In this document: piece by piece, positions 46,358 to 56,121 of the stretch
How positions within the stretch are numbered: the stretch's first letter is position 1
Layout of the letters: the number at the start of each line of letters is the position of its first letter
Assembly (NCBI GenBank): GCA_037127795.1
Contig: JBAXXQ010000001.1
Location: 144,252 to 208,251, forward strand
DNA: 64,000 nt
Reading direction: 5' to 3'
DNA from: a bacterium
Lineage (GTDB): Bacteria; Patescibacteriota; Minisyncoccia; Phycocordibacterales; UBA9973
Notes under the pieces: generated by a model
Told to the model about the DNA's origin: nothing
Databases searched by the model: none
The model's input: only the letters and a program-made list of their open reading frames with translations
Translations under genes and position numbers: made by a program

Positions 46358-46450
46358 AGGTGGTATACTTATATCATGTCCTGTAAGGGGTACCCTTAGG
46401 GTCATTTAATAGTAAATTTTTATAATTACGCGCACAGGCGCATTCACAAT

Positions 46451-47134
46451 ATGCTTATTCAAACATGGAGCCAAGTATTCCAAGTATCACTCTTGAATCT
46501 TTGGTATGGATTTATCGGAACATTTCCAAAAATCGTCTTCATAATCGTTCTCTTTATTGTAGGATGGATTGTTGCAAAGACTATTGCTACTCTCGTAACA
46601 AAGGGTATCGATGCTCTTAAGATTGATTCTCTTTTCAAAAGTGCTGGCACAGAAGAAATTCTCGCACGTGCTGGATGGAAGCTTCACATCGGAGGACTTA
46701 TTGGATGGGTTGTTAAATGGCTTATCATATTAGGTTTCCTTGTTACTTCTGCAGATCTTCTTGGTCTTAGTGGGGTAACAGCATTCCTTAGTGTGATCTG
46801 GTTCTATATCCCACAAGTACTTCTTGCTGCTCTTATCCTTATCGCTGGTACAGTACTTGCAGACTTTGTTCGCAAGCTCATTACTGGTGGTGCTGCTATT
46901 GCACAAGTTCGTGCTTCAAAAATGATTGGAACAGTTGCATACTATGCAATCTGGGTTCTCTCAATCGTAACAGCTCTTGATAAGCTTGGTATTCTCGGAT
47001 ACTTTGGACAAGTATTGTTCACAGGTATTATTATCATGCTTGCACTTGCTTTTGGTCTCGCATTTGGTTTGGGTGGAAAGGATGCTGCTGCTCGATTCAT
47101 CAATCGAACCGCTGATGATCTTTCATCAAAATAA
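46451..47134 (+). CDS. integral membrane protein with duplicated conserved-TM-helix repeats (MscS N-terminal-like)
   Basis: Two internally similar halves (IIVLFIVGWIVAKTIATLV / LILIAGTVLADFVRKLITG), about six TM segments. Confidence 0.45.
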   Translation: MLIQTWSQVFQVSLLNLWYGFIGTFPKIVFIIVLFIVGWIVAKTIATLVTKGIDALKIDSLFKSAGTEEILARAGWKLHIGGLIGWVVKWLIILGFLVTSADLLGLSGVTAFLSVIWFYIPQVLLAALILIAGTVLADFVRKLITGGAAIAQVRASKMIGTVAYYAIWVLSIVTALDKLGILGYFGQVLFTGIIIMLALAFGLAFGLGGKDAAARFINRTADDLSSK

Positions 47135-47152
47135 ACAAACTAACGTTGCCTA

Positions 47153-47183
47153 TAAAAAACCACCTATTTTAGGTGGTTTTTTG
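47153..47183 (+). terminator. Rho-independent terminator
   Basis: aaaaaaccacctattttaggtggtttttt. Confidence 0.75.
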
Positions 47184-47211
47184 GTACTTTGGGGTGTGGA
47201 TAGGGAAATGC

Positions 47212-47240
47212 TTGACATTATTTCTCGCTTCGGCTAGAAT
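47212..47240 (+). promoter_or_regulatory. rRNA operon promoter (TTGACA, 17 nt spacer, TAGAAT)
   Basis: Consensus -35 and near-consensus -10 with 17-nt spacer about 260 nt upstream of 23S; boxA-like ctctttaataa at about 47388-47400. Confidence 0.6.
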
Positions 47241-47997
47241 AGTCCCACTTATGAGTAATACGAAAAACAAGCGTTCAAAACAGGGGTAACCCCGCAAGAG
47301 AATCTTGTGGCCGCCCCCAAAAAGGGCGGTTTTCGTATCACAATTAAGAATATGTCTTTTGACAAAAAAATCCTGTCACTTAGTGGAAACTCTTTAATAA
47401 GGGGGACTGCAGGTAATAAGTAGACAGACCTTCTGAAAACACTCCAAGTGGTTGGAGAAGTAGGAAGTAAAATTGATTTCTAGATTTCCTAATAGGAAAT
47501 AAGAGCATATGGTGGATGCCTAGGTTCTACATGGCGATGAAAGACGCAGTACGGCGAGCGATACGCTTCGGGGAGGTGCCTAACAACCTTTGATCCGGAG
47601 ATTTCTGAATGAGGAAACTCTATCAAGTAAACCTTGATAACTACTCTGCATAAGACAGACTAGAGCGCACCCAGGGAAGTGAAACATCTCAGTACCTGGA
47701 GGAAAAGAAAAAAATGTGGTGTATACCACAACATTCCCCGAGTAGCGGCGAGCGAAAAGGGAGGAGCCCAAACCTCTATCTTCGGATAGGGGGGTTGTAG
47801 GATAGAAACGTCGTTTTACGGAAAGAGTGAAAAAATTTGTGTATAGAAAAAGTTGTTGGAAACCAACGTCATAGCAGGTGATAGCCCTGTATTCGAAATG
47901 CACTTATCTCTTTTGTTTCTATTCCTGAGTACTTCAAGACATGAATAGCTTGAAGGAATCCGCCAGAACTAACTGGTAAGGCTAAATACATTGTAGA

Positions 47998-48037
<40 letters not shown>

Positions 48038-49491
48038 AACTCCGAGAGGAGGGTGAAATAGTACTGAAACCATATGCTTACAAGGAGTCGGAGCGGTTGC
48101 TTGCAACCGTCACGGCGTGCCTATTGAAGAATGAGCCAACGAGTTTATATATGTTGCAAGGCTAAGTGCAAAATGCATGGAGCCGAAGCGAAAGCGAGTG
48201 TGAAAAGCGCGTCCACTTAAGTGTGGGAAGTATCATGTATAAGACCCGAAGCCAGGTGAGCTACCCATGAGCAGGGTGAAGTGATTCGAAAGAATCATGG
48301 AGGCCCGAACCGGTTTGTCGTACAACGCATTCGGATGACTTGTGGGTTGGAGTGAAAAGCTTATCGAACCTGGTAATAGCTGGTTCTCTCCGAAATAGCT
48401 TTAGGGTTAGCGTCATGTGTTCCCCTTGGGGGTAGAGCACTGGAAAGTTTCGACAGGGAGCAATCTCGCGAAATTTATCAAACTCCGAATACCAAGGATT
48501 AAAAACATGGCAGTTAGACTACGGGGGCTAAGCTCCGTCAGTCAAAAGGGAAACAGCCCAGATCTCTAGTTAAGGTCCCTAAATATAGACTAAGTGCAAA
48601 CGAAGGATGTGAGATTTCTTCGACAATGAGGAAGTTGGCTTAGAAGCAGCCATCTTTTAAAGAAAGCGTAACAGCTCACTCATCAAGAGATCTTGCGCCG
48701 TAGATAATCGGGGCTAAGTCTATTACCGAAACTGAGGGCCCGACTAGAAGAAGAGCGGTAAGCAATAGCTTGCCACCCTCCTTCTGGTCGGGCGGTAGGA
48801 GAGTATTCGTATCTGCTGTGAAGGCGAAGGCGTGAGCCGTGCTGGAGCGTTACGAAGTAAGAATGTTGGCACAAGTAACCACAAGGAAGGTGAGATCCCT
48901 TCCCGCCGAAAAACCAAGGTTTCCAAAGCAACGATGATCGTCTTTGGGTTAGTCGGGTCCTAAGCTGATAGCGAATGCTGCAGGCGATGGACATAAGGTT
49001 AATATTCCTTAACTTCTTTCATATTCGATGGAGGGACGGAGTGTAGTACATACTGCAGATAATTGGATTTCTGTTTGTATACCGCGTATGGAGGATAGGT
49101 AAATCCGTTCTCCTGACTTTAATGTCACTATCAGGTATGCATCGTCATCTGGTACGCCAGATTAAGAGTATGGAGCACGCTTCCAAGAAAAGCTTCTAAG
49201 ATTAGTATGAGAGAACCCGTACCGCAAACCGACACAGGTGGTTAGGTCGAGAAGACCAAGGCGAACGAGTGAGAGATCCCCAAGGAACTCGGCAAAAAAG
49301 CAGCCGTAACTTCGGGATAAGGCTTGCCGGCAGAAATGTCGGCCGCAGCGAAAGTATTCCTGGCAACTGTTTATCAAAAACACAGCTCCCTGCGAACACG
49401 AAAGTGGATGTATAGGGGGTGACACCTGACCAATGCCAGAAGGTTAATTACGGATGGTGCGATTATATCAAGCTGATCTGTACAAGCCCTG

Positions 49492-49526
<35 letters not shown>

Positions 49527-49734
49527 TCTGTTTTTCAATTTCGATTGGAAGGCAGAACGGACTAGGACCGCGTATAGAAAACGATAAACAATTTAAAAGA
49601 ATAATCATTACATTTCAAGCTACCTAACATGTCGTAATACATGTTTAGTCCATTGTGATTAACGAGAGACCAACGTCACAGACCCGAACTCGCAAGAGAG
49701 GGTTAAGAGAGAGTCCAACTGAGAGGAATAGTTG
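49527..49734 (+). ncRNA. intervening sequence in 23S at E. coli position L1931 (putative small group I intron, no ORF)
   Basis: Exon reads ...ggtcctaaggU | insert | AGCGAAATTCCTTGTCGGGTAAGTTCCGAC...; the 5' exon ends in U and the insert ends in G (ttG), as expected for group I splicing; L1931 is a known intron homing site. Confidence 0.55.
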
Positions 49735-50395
49735 AGCGAAATTCCTTGTCGGGTAAGTTCCGACGCGCACGAATGGTGTAATGACTGGGAAACTGTCTCG
49801 GGGATTTGCTCGGTGAAAATACAGTACCGGTGAAGATGCCGGTTACCTGCAGTTAGACGAAAAGACCCCGGAAGCTTTACTACAGTTTGGTATTGGGTAT
49901 ATTTGTTTGTTACGTAGCATAGGAGGGAGACTTTGAAGCGCGCATTTCGGTCCGCGTGGAGTCGTCAGTGAAATACCTCTTTTCAAATGGATATATCCTA
50001 ACCACTACGGAAAAAACGCAGTGGGACAGTGCCTGATGGGTAGTTTTACTGGGGCGGTATCCTCCAAAAGAGTAACGGAGGAGTTCAAAGGTTAGCTAGG
50101 CGCGAATGGAAACCGTGCCGATAGTGCAATGGCATAAGCTAGCTTGACTGTAAGTCGGCCATGACGAGCAGGTGCGAAAGCAGAACATAGTGAACCGACA
50201 ATTCGCATTAGATGCGGTTGAAGATTAACGGATAGAAGCTACTCCGGGGATAACAGGCTAGTTCCGCCTAAGCGTCCATAGCGACGGCGGAGTTCGGCAC
50301 CTCGATGTCGGCTCACCTTATCCTGGGGCTGGAGAAGGTCCCAAAGGTTTGGCTGTTCGCCAATTAAAAAGGTACGCGAGCTGGGTTCAGACCGT

Positions 50396-50770
50396 CTAGG
50401 AATTAGAAAAGTGTGCAATTTTATTGTACTTCAAATCTGATTTCTAGATCGTCTGAATCCCGAGGAGAGTGAAAAAGAAAGAAAATTACAAAGATTTATT
50501 AAACATTATGTTTTAGTCTTTTCGTCTAATATAAGTAAAGTTCATATACAGGAGTATATGAAAGAAAGATAGAATAAAGAGAACCATCTTAATACGGCGG
50601 TCGTCTATGGTGACATAGAATGACATGCTCGACTGATATCGGTGAAACCCCCACAGGGGGGTAATACCGAGGGAACTATAGCAATATAGACCCGTAGAGA
50701 CTACACGTTGAGGTGCTTAGAAATAAGTACAAGATATAGTCCGATCCATACAGTAATGTGTGAAAAGATG
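50396..50770 (+). ncRNA. intervening sequence in 23S at E. coli position L2593 (putative group I intron, no ORF)
   Basis: Exon ...gagctgggttcagaccgU | 375-nt insert ending ...aaagatG | CGTAAGACAGGTTGG...; the AT-rich 5' half and GC-richer 3' half contain no ORF. Confidence 0.55.
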
Positions 50771-51147
50771 CGTAAGACAGGTTGGTCTCCTATCTACTGC
50801 AGGCGTTGATGATTGAGGAAGTTCGTTCCTAGTACGAGAGGACCGGAATGAACGAACCTCTGGTGTATGGGCTCTACCGCCAGGTGGATTGCCCAGTAGC
50901 TATGTTCGGAATGGATAACCTCTGAAAGCATCTAAGAGGGAAGCCAGTTCCAAGATTAGTCATCGTTGAGGGCCGTGAGAGATGATCACGTTGATAGGCA
51001 CTATGTGGAAGCGCAGTAATGTGTTAAGCAGAGGTGTACTAATTGCCCAATTCCTATTAGGAAATCTGGAAATCAACCCATTCGCAAGAATGGTTCAGAA
51101 AATTAGATTGTAGTGTATACTACAATCGCAAACACATTTGAGTGCTT

Positions 51148-51260
<113 letters not shown>

Positions 51261-51274
51261 AAAGTACTTAAAAT

Positions 51275-51305
51275 AAAAAAGCCAGTCGCAAGACTGGCTT
51301 TTTTG
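51275..51305 (+). terminator. rRNA operon terminator
   Basis: aaaaaagccagtcgcaagactggctttttt. Confidence 0.8.
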
Positions 51306-51322
51306 CTGTATGATATAGAGAT

Positions 51323-52102
51323 ATGACATGGGCAGGAGAAAGACGATTGCAATATATAGGTGGGGTGATGATTTTTGCTGCACTTATATCTGGTGCAGTG
51401 TATTGGAAGTATTTTAAAAAAGCTCCTATGTGTACCGATGGTATACAAAACGGTACAGAGACCGGTATAGACTGTGGTGGTATTTGTTCAAATTATTGTA
51501 AAAATGATATTGCGGATCCAAAGATTATTTGGCGACAATCGTTTACTGTCACCCCAACAGCTAGTACTGCTGTTGCATATATTGCGCATGGCTATGCGGG
51601 TGCAAGTACTCGTAATATGAAGTATCGCTTTGAATTATTTGATGCAAATGAAAACGTACTTGCAACTCGTGATGGAAATACGTTTGTCGGTACAGTCGGT
51701 AATACTGCAATAGTAGAGCCGCTTATACAAGTTGCAGGTGCACAAGTTGCTCGAGTAAAGTTTTCTATTTTAGGAAATATTTTATGGGAAAAAACAGATC
51801 CTACTATTTCAACATTGGTTATTAAAACAGATATCAATACTATAGAACCATTTTCTGCGGGGACTCGTGTGCGATCACTTTTGGAAAATAAAACAGATAC
51901 TAGTTTTAGTAATATCCCTGTTGCTATTATTTTGTACGACAAAGATGATAATGCAATAGCTAGTTCTATTGCGACAGTTCCTAGTATTCCTGCAAATCAA
52001 AATAAAGAAATAGTGTTTACCTGGCCAGACACAAATCTTGCAAAACAGATTGCACATATAGAAGTACTTCCTCGTATTAATCCATTTACTGTACAAAAAT
52101 AA
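51323..52102 (+). CDS. hypothetical membrane-anchored extracytoplasmic protein (Cys-rich N-terminal module)
   Basis: TM (VMIFAALISGAVYW) then CTDGIQNGTETGIDCGGICSNYC; stop overlaps the ftsW/rodA start. Confidence 0.45.
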   Translation: MTWAGERRLQYIGGVMIFAALISGAVYWKYFKKAPMCTDGIQNGTETGIDCGGICSNYCKNDIADPKIIWRQSFTVTPTASTAVAYIAHGYAGASTRNMKYRFELFDANENVLATRDGNTFVGTVGNTAIVEPLIQVAGAQVARVKFSILGNILWEKTDPTISTLVIKTDINTIEPFSAGTRVRSLLENKTDTSFSNIPVAIILYDKDDNAIASSIATVPSIPANQNKEIVFTWPDTNLAKQIAHIEVLPRINPFTVQK

Positions 52103-53223
52103 TGCGTCGCTTTTTTCAAAATATTGATATAGTGTTATTGCTTAGTGTTGTCCCTCTCGCACTTGGAGGTATTGTGACGATGATGTCTTTTACAGGGGAT
52201 TCAAAAAATGCACTGCACCAAGGTTTGTGGTTTGTCATTGGAGTAGGGTTTATTTTGCTCCTATCGCGAATAAATGTACGTAGCCTTCGAGAATCAAGGT
52301 ATATTAGTATTGCATTTATCGCATCGCTTTTTTTATTGGTATTTGTATTGGCGACACACAAGATTAATGGTGCAAAAAGTTGGTTTTCTTTGGGAGGGTT
52401 TGCGTTTCAGCCTGTAGACTTGGTTAAGTTGTTGGTTATTTTGATGCTGGCAAAATATTTTTCACGACGCCATGTTGAGATAAAAAATATTAAACACATT
52501 GTTGTTTCTTCAATATATGCACTAGTACCTATGTTTCTTATTATGTTACAACCAGACTTTGGATCTGCTATGATTATTGGTCTTTTGTGGTTTGGTATTG
52601 CGCTTGTTGCTGGTATATCAAAAAAACACTTATTTATACTGCTTGGAATAGTTGTTGTAGTATTTTCTTGTTCATGGATGTTTTTGTTTAAACCATATCA
52701 AAAGGATCGTATTATAAACTTTGTAAATCCAGGGCATGATATTCGTAAAAGTGGATACAATGTGTATCAGTCTACTATTGCAGTAGGATCTGGTGGTTTT
52801 TTGGGTAAGGGGCTTGGGTACGGAACGCAGTCTCGACTTAATTATCTACCCGAATACAAGACAGATTTTATGTTTGCAGCGTTTACAGAAGAATGGGGAT
52901 TTATTGGGGGACTTATTGTAGTAGTTTCTTTGATTATATTTTTGTGGCGTATTTTGCAACACGCAGAACACGCTGCTTCAAATTTTGAAACTTTATTTTG
53001 TGTAGGGTATGCACTACTTATCATAGGACATGCTATTATTAATATAGGAATGAATATTGGTATTATGCCGGTGACCGGGGTACCATTACCATTTATGAGT
53101 TATGGTGGGTCGCACATTTTTGCAGAGTGTGTAGGACTTGGAATTATTATTTCTATGAGTCGCTATGAACGATCAATACATAGAGATGATTTGCAAAAAG
53201 AATTTTATGGATACAATACATAG
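52102..53223 (+). CDS. SEDS-family peptidoglycan glycosyltransferase (FtsW/RodA)
   Basis: Ten TMs and the conserved C-terminal MPVTGVPLPFMSYGGSHIF motif. Confidence 0.85.
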   Translation: MRRFFQNIDIVLLLSVVPLALGGIVTMMSFTGDSKNALHQGLWFVIGVGFILLLSRINVRSLRESRYISIAFIASLFLLVFVLATHKINGAKSWFSLGGFAFQPVDLVKLLVILMLAKYFSRRHVEIKNIKHIVVSSIYALVPMFLIMLQPDFGSAMIIGLLWFGIALVAGISKKHLFILLGIVVVVFSCSWMFLFKPYQKDRIINFVNPGHDIRKSGYNVYQSTIAVGSGGFLGKGLGYGTQSRLNYLPEYKTDFMFAAFTEEWGFIGGLIVVVSLIIFLWRILQHAEHAASNFETLFCVGYALLIIGHAIINIGMNIGIMPVTGVPLPFMSYGGSHIFAECVGLGIIISMSRYERSIHRDDLQKEFYGYNT

Positions 53224-53758
53224 TTTACAAATAGATTTATTTAGTCATATTGCAACCTTTGGTGAAAAAACTCCATGGGCTGATCCTTTTTTTGTAGCAC
53301 TCTCATACTGGTTTTTTTATCTCGTACTAGGTGTTGTTGTGGTGCGATTGTTGTATAAAATAATACAGGCAAAATCTATACAAGAAAAAAAGCAATCTTT
53401 CAAAGAAGCATTTGTACTACTTTTCTCACTAGTGCTTACATGGATGGTTGTGACATTGATAAAAGTTCTAACTGCAGAGCCACGCCCGTTTGAGGTTATA
53501 GACAATGTTCGATTGTTATCTCCCTATATTGGAGGAGGGGATTCATTTCCTTCAGGGCATACTGCTATTGCAGCAGCTCTAGCTGGAGCTATACGGCCAT
53601 ATCATCACCGTGCCGGGGCTTTGTTGATACTATTTGCGTTATTGGTAGGAATTTCTCGTGTATACCTCGGATTACATTTTCCAATAGATGTTTTTGTGGG
53701 ATTTCTCGTAGGGCTTTTGATTGCTGATATCGTACGCCGTTTGGCAGATATGTTGTAA
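53207..53758 (+). CDS. PAP2-family phosphatase (possibly an undecaprenyl-pyrophosphate phosphatase)
   Basis: PAP2 motifs KxxxxxxRP (KVLTAEPRP), PSGH (FPSGHTAIA) and SRxxxxxHxxxD (SRVYLGLHFPIDV). Confidence 0.75.
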   Translation: MDTIHSLQIDLFSHIATFGEKTPWADPFFVALSYWFFYLVLGVVVVRLLYKIIQAKSIQEKKQSFKEAFVLLFSLVLTWMVVTLIKVLTAEPRPFEVIDNVRLLSPYIGGGDSFPSGHTAIAAALAGAIRPYHHRAGALLILFALLVGISRVYLGLHFPIDVFVGFLVGLLIADIVRRLADML

Positions 53759-53810
53759 TATAAAACCCCCTTGCGTAGGTGGTCACAATGTTCTAGAATC
53801 TACGTATTAT

Positions 53811-55163
53811 ATGAAATACCGCGTTTTAAAACAAAGACTTTTGGCCGTAGTAGTAGTGATTGTTGCCGTATTGTGCGCATTGCTTCTCGTTGGACAAAAG
53901 CCTTTTTCAAATAATTTTTTTACCAATAAACACCCATTTCGTCTTGGATTAGATCTTTCAGGAGGAACACATTTATTATATAAGGCAGATACTAGCTCTC
54001 TTGGTGGTAGTGATCCTGCGCAAGCTATGGAGGTTCTTCGTAACTTGATTGAAAAAAGGGTTAACCCTACAGGTTCTCGTGAGATGGTTGTAGAAACAAA
54101 TACAAGTATAGTTTCTGGTAATTTAAAAGAGTATCGTCTTTCTGTTGACCTTCCTGGTGTTACAGATGTAACAGAGGCTATAAACATTATAGGAAAAACA
54201 CCATTTTTAGAATTCAAGGTGCAATCTGATGCTCCACAAAAAGTAACTGTTGGAAAAGATGGTACTGTAAATCTTAATCAAGATGATAATTTTGTATCAA
54301 CAGGGCTTACAGGAAAATATCTTACAAGTGCAAATTTAGAGTTTAATCAAAATACAGGTGCACCATATATATCTTTAACGTTTGATGATCAGGGTGCAAA
54401 ACTTTTTGAAAATATTACTAAAAATAATATTGGTAAGGTTGTCGCTATTTATCTTGACGGTAAAGTGATTCAGGCTCCTGTAGTCAGAGATGTTATAAGT
54501 AGTGGTAAAGCAGAAATAACAGGTTCTTATACACCTAAAGAAGCTAAAGATGTTGCTGATGAGTTAAAATTTGGTGCGCTTCCTGTACCAATCTCACTTA
54601 TCTCTACAGAAACAGTAGGGGCAACATTGGGAGGAAAAGCGGTTTCTGCTGGTGCATATGCTGCACTTATCGGATTTATCCTTATCTCTTTGTTCTTGAT
54701 CGTGTGGTACCGTATTCCTGGTATTATTGCAACTATCTCTCTTGGTATGTATGTAGTAATCACATTGCTCTTGTACAGACTTATTCCTGTGACTCTTACT
54801 GCTGCAGGTATCGCTGGATTTATTATCTCTATTGGTATGGCAGTTGATGCGACAATTCTTATCTTTGAGCGTGCTCGTGAAGAACGCAAAAGAGGAAGTG
54901 GTGTACGAGAAGCGCTTGAATCAGGATTTGGTCGCGCATGGACATCTATTCGTGATGCAAACATTTCAAGTTTGATTATTGGGGTGATTTTGTATTCTGT
55001 AGGAACATCTCTTATGAAAGGTTTCGCAGTAACATTTATTGTCGGTGTGCTTATCAGTATGTTCACTGCAGTGACAATTACTCGCTTGTTGCTCCGTGCT
55101 ATGCCAGTACCCAAAAAAGGAAAAGTCGGAAAATTCTTATTCAGTAGTGGGTTCACAAAATAA
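53811..55163 (+). CDS. secD: protein translocase subunit SecD
   Basis: N-terminal TM, periplasmic domain, C-terminal six-TM RND-like bundle (LIGFILISLFLIVWYRIPG...); followed by secF. Confidence 0.9.
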   Translation: MKYRVLKQRLLAVVVVIVAVLCALLLVGQKPFSNNFFTNKHPFRLGLDLSGGTHLLYKADTSSLGGSDPAQAMEVLRNLIEKRVNPTGSREMVVETNTSIVSGNLKEYRLSVDLPGVTDVTEAINIIGKTPFLEFKVQSDAPQKVTVGKDGTVNLNQDDNFVSTGLTGKYLTSANLEFNQNTGAPYISLTFDDQGAKLFENITKNNIGKVVAIYLDGKVIQAPVVRDVISSGKAEITGSYTPKEAKDVADELKFGALPVPISLISTETVGATLGGKAVSAGAYAALIGFILISLFLIVWYRIPGIIATISLGMYVVITLLLYRLIPVTLTAAGIAGFIISIGMAVDATILIFERAREERKRGSGVREALESGFGRAWTSIRDANISSLIIGVILYSVGTSLMKGFAVTFIVGVLISMFTAVTITRLLLRAMPVPKKGKVGKFLFSSGFTK

Positions 55164-55164
55164 T

Positions 55165-56067
55165 ATGTTTGTCATTAAATTTAAAAAATTCTTTATAGGA
55201 CTTTCAGCATTCTTTGTACTTGCTGCACTTGTATGTACTATCGTATTTGGTCTTAAAATGGGAATCGACTTCAAGGGTGGTTCTGAATTGACTGTACAAT
55301 ATACTACTCGTCCTACAATCCAAGATATCCAAAATTTGCTTGCACAAAATGGATTCAATAATGTATTGGTACAACCAGTAAATACGCTTGGTGTTGATAT
55401 CAAAACAAAGACTCTTACTGATGCAGATCGTGCTCGTATGTTGAGTGTTATTTCTTTCAACAATACAAAACCAGCTGAACAATTGAGTTTTACCACTATC
55501 GGTCCGACAGTAGGAAGCGAGCTTGCTCGTAAGGCAATCATGTCTATTACATTTGTACTTATTGCAATTATTTGTTTCGTTGCATATGCATTCAGAAAAG
55601 TGTCTCGTCCAGTTTCTTCTTGGAAATTTGGTCTCGCGGTGATCATTGCTTTGTTCCATGATATTATGATCCCTGTAGGGGTAATGGCATTGTTTGGTCA
55701 CTTTATGGGTGGGGAAGTAGATACACTCTTTGTGATAGCATTGCTTACTACACTCGGACTTTCTGTTGCAGATACTATTGTGGTATTTGACCGTATTCGT
55801 GAACACTTGCAATACAACAAAGCAGATACTAGTGAAAAATTTGAGACACTCGTTGGTGAAAGTCTTGGAGAAACATTTGCTCGTTCTATCAATACTTCTC
55901 TTGTGGTGTTGATCATGGTTGTTACTCTTGCAATTGTTGGTCCACAAAGTACTAAACTTTTTGCTACAATCCTTGCTATTGGTATGTTCTTCGGTACATA
56001 TTCATCTATATTCCTCGCAAGTCCGTTGCTTGTAGTTATGGAAAAAATGCAAAAGAAAAGTAAATAA
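55165..56067 (+). CDS. secF: protein translocase subunit SecF
   Basis: Conserved SecF TM core (AIICFVAYAFRKVSRPVSSWKFGLAVIIALFHDIMIPVG). Confidence 0.9.
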   Translation: MFVIKFKKFFIGLSAFFVLAALVCTIVFGLKMGIDFKGGSELTVQYTTRPTIQDIQNLLAQNGFNNVLVQPVNTLGVDIKTKTLTDADRARMLSVISFNNTKPAEQLSFTTIGPTVGSELARKAIMSITFVLIAIICFVAYAFRKVSRPVSSWKFGLAVIIALFHDIMIPVGVMALFGHFMGGEVDTLFVIALLTTLGLSVADTIVVFDRIREHLQYNKADTSEKFETLVGESLGETFARSINTSLVVLIMVVTLAIVGPQSTKLFATILAIGMFFGTYSSIFLASPLLVVMEKMQKKSK

Positions 56068-56084
56068 TAATACAATTTCTTATA

Positions 56085-56115
56085 CAAAAACACCCTACTT
56101 CTAGGGTGTTTTTGT
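56085..56115 (+). terminator. terminator hairpin (AAAAACACCCT...AGGGTGTTTTT family)
   Basis: aaaaacaccctacttctagggtgtttttgtat. Confidence 0.75.
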
Positions 56116-56121
56116 ATAAGG

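Noticed and set aside
54527-55947. 209-aa and 247-aa minus-strand ORFs
   Set aside because: They are antisense shadow ORFs inside secD and secF; the translations are Cys/Lys- or Ile-rich low-complexity sequence with no motifs.
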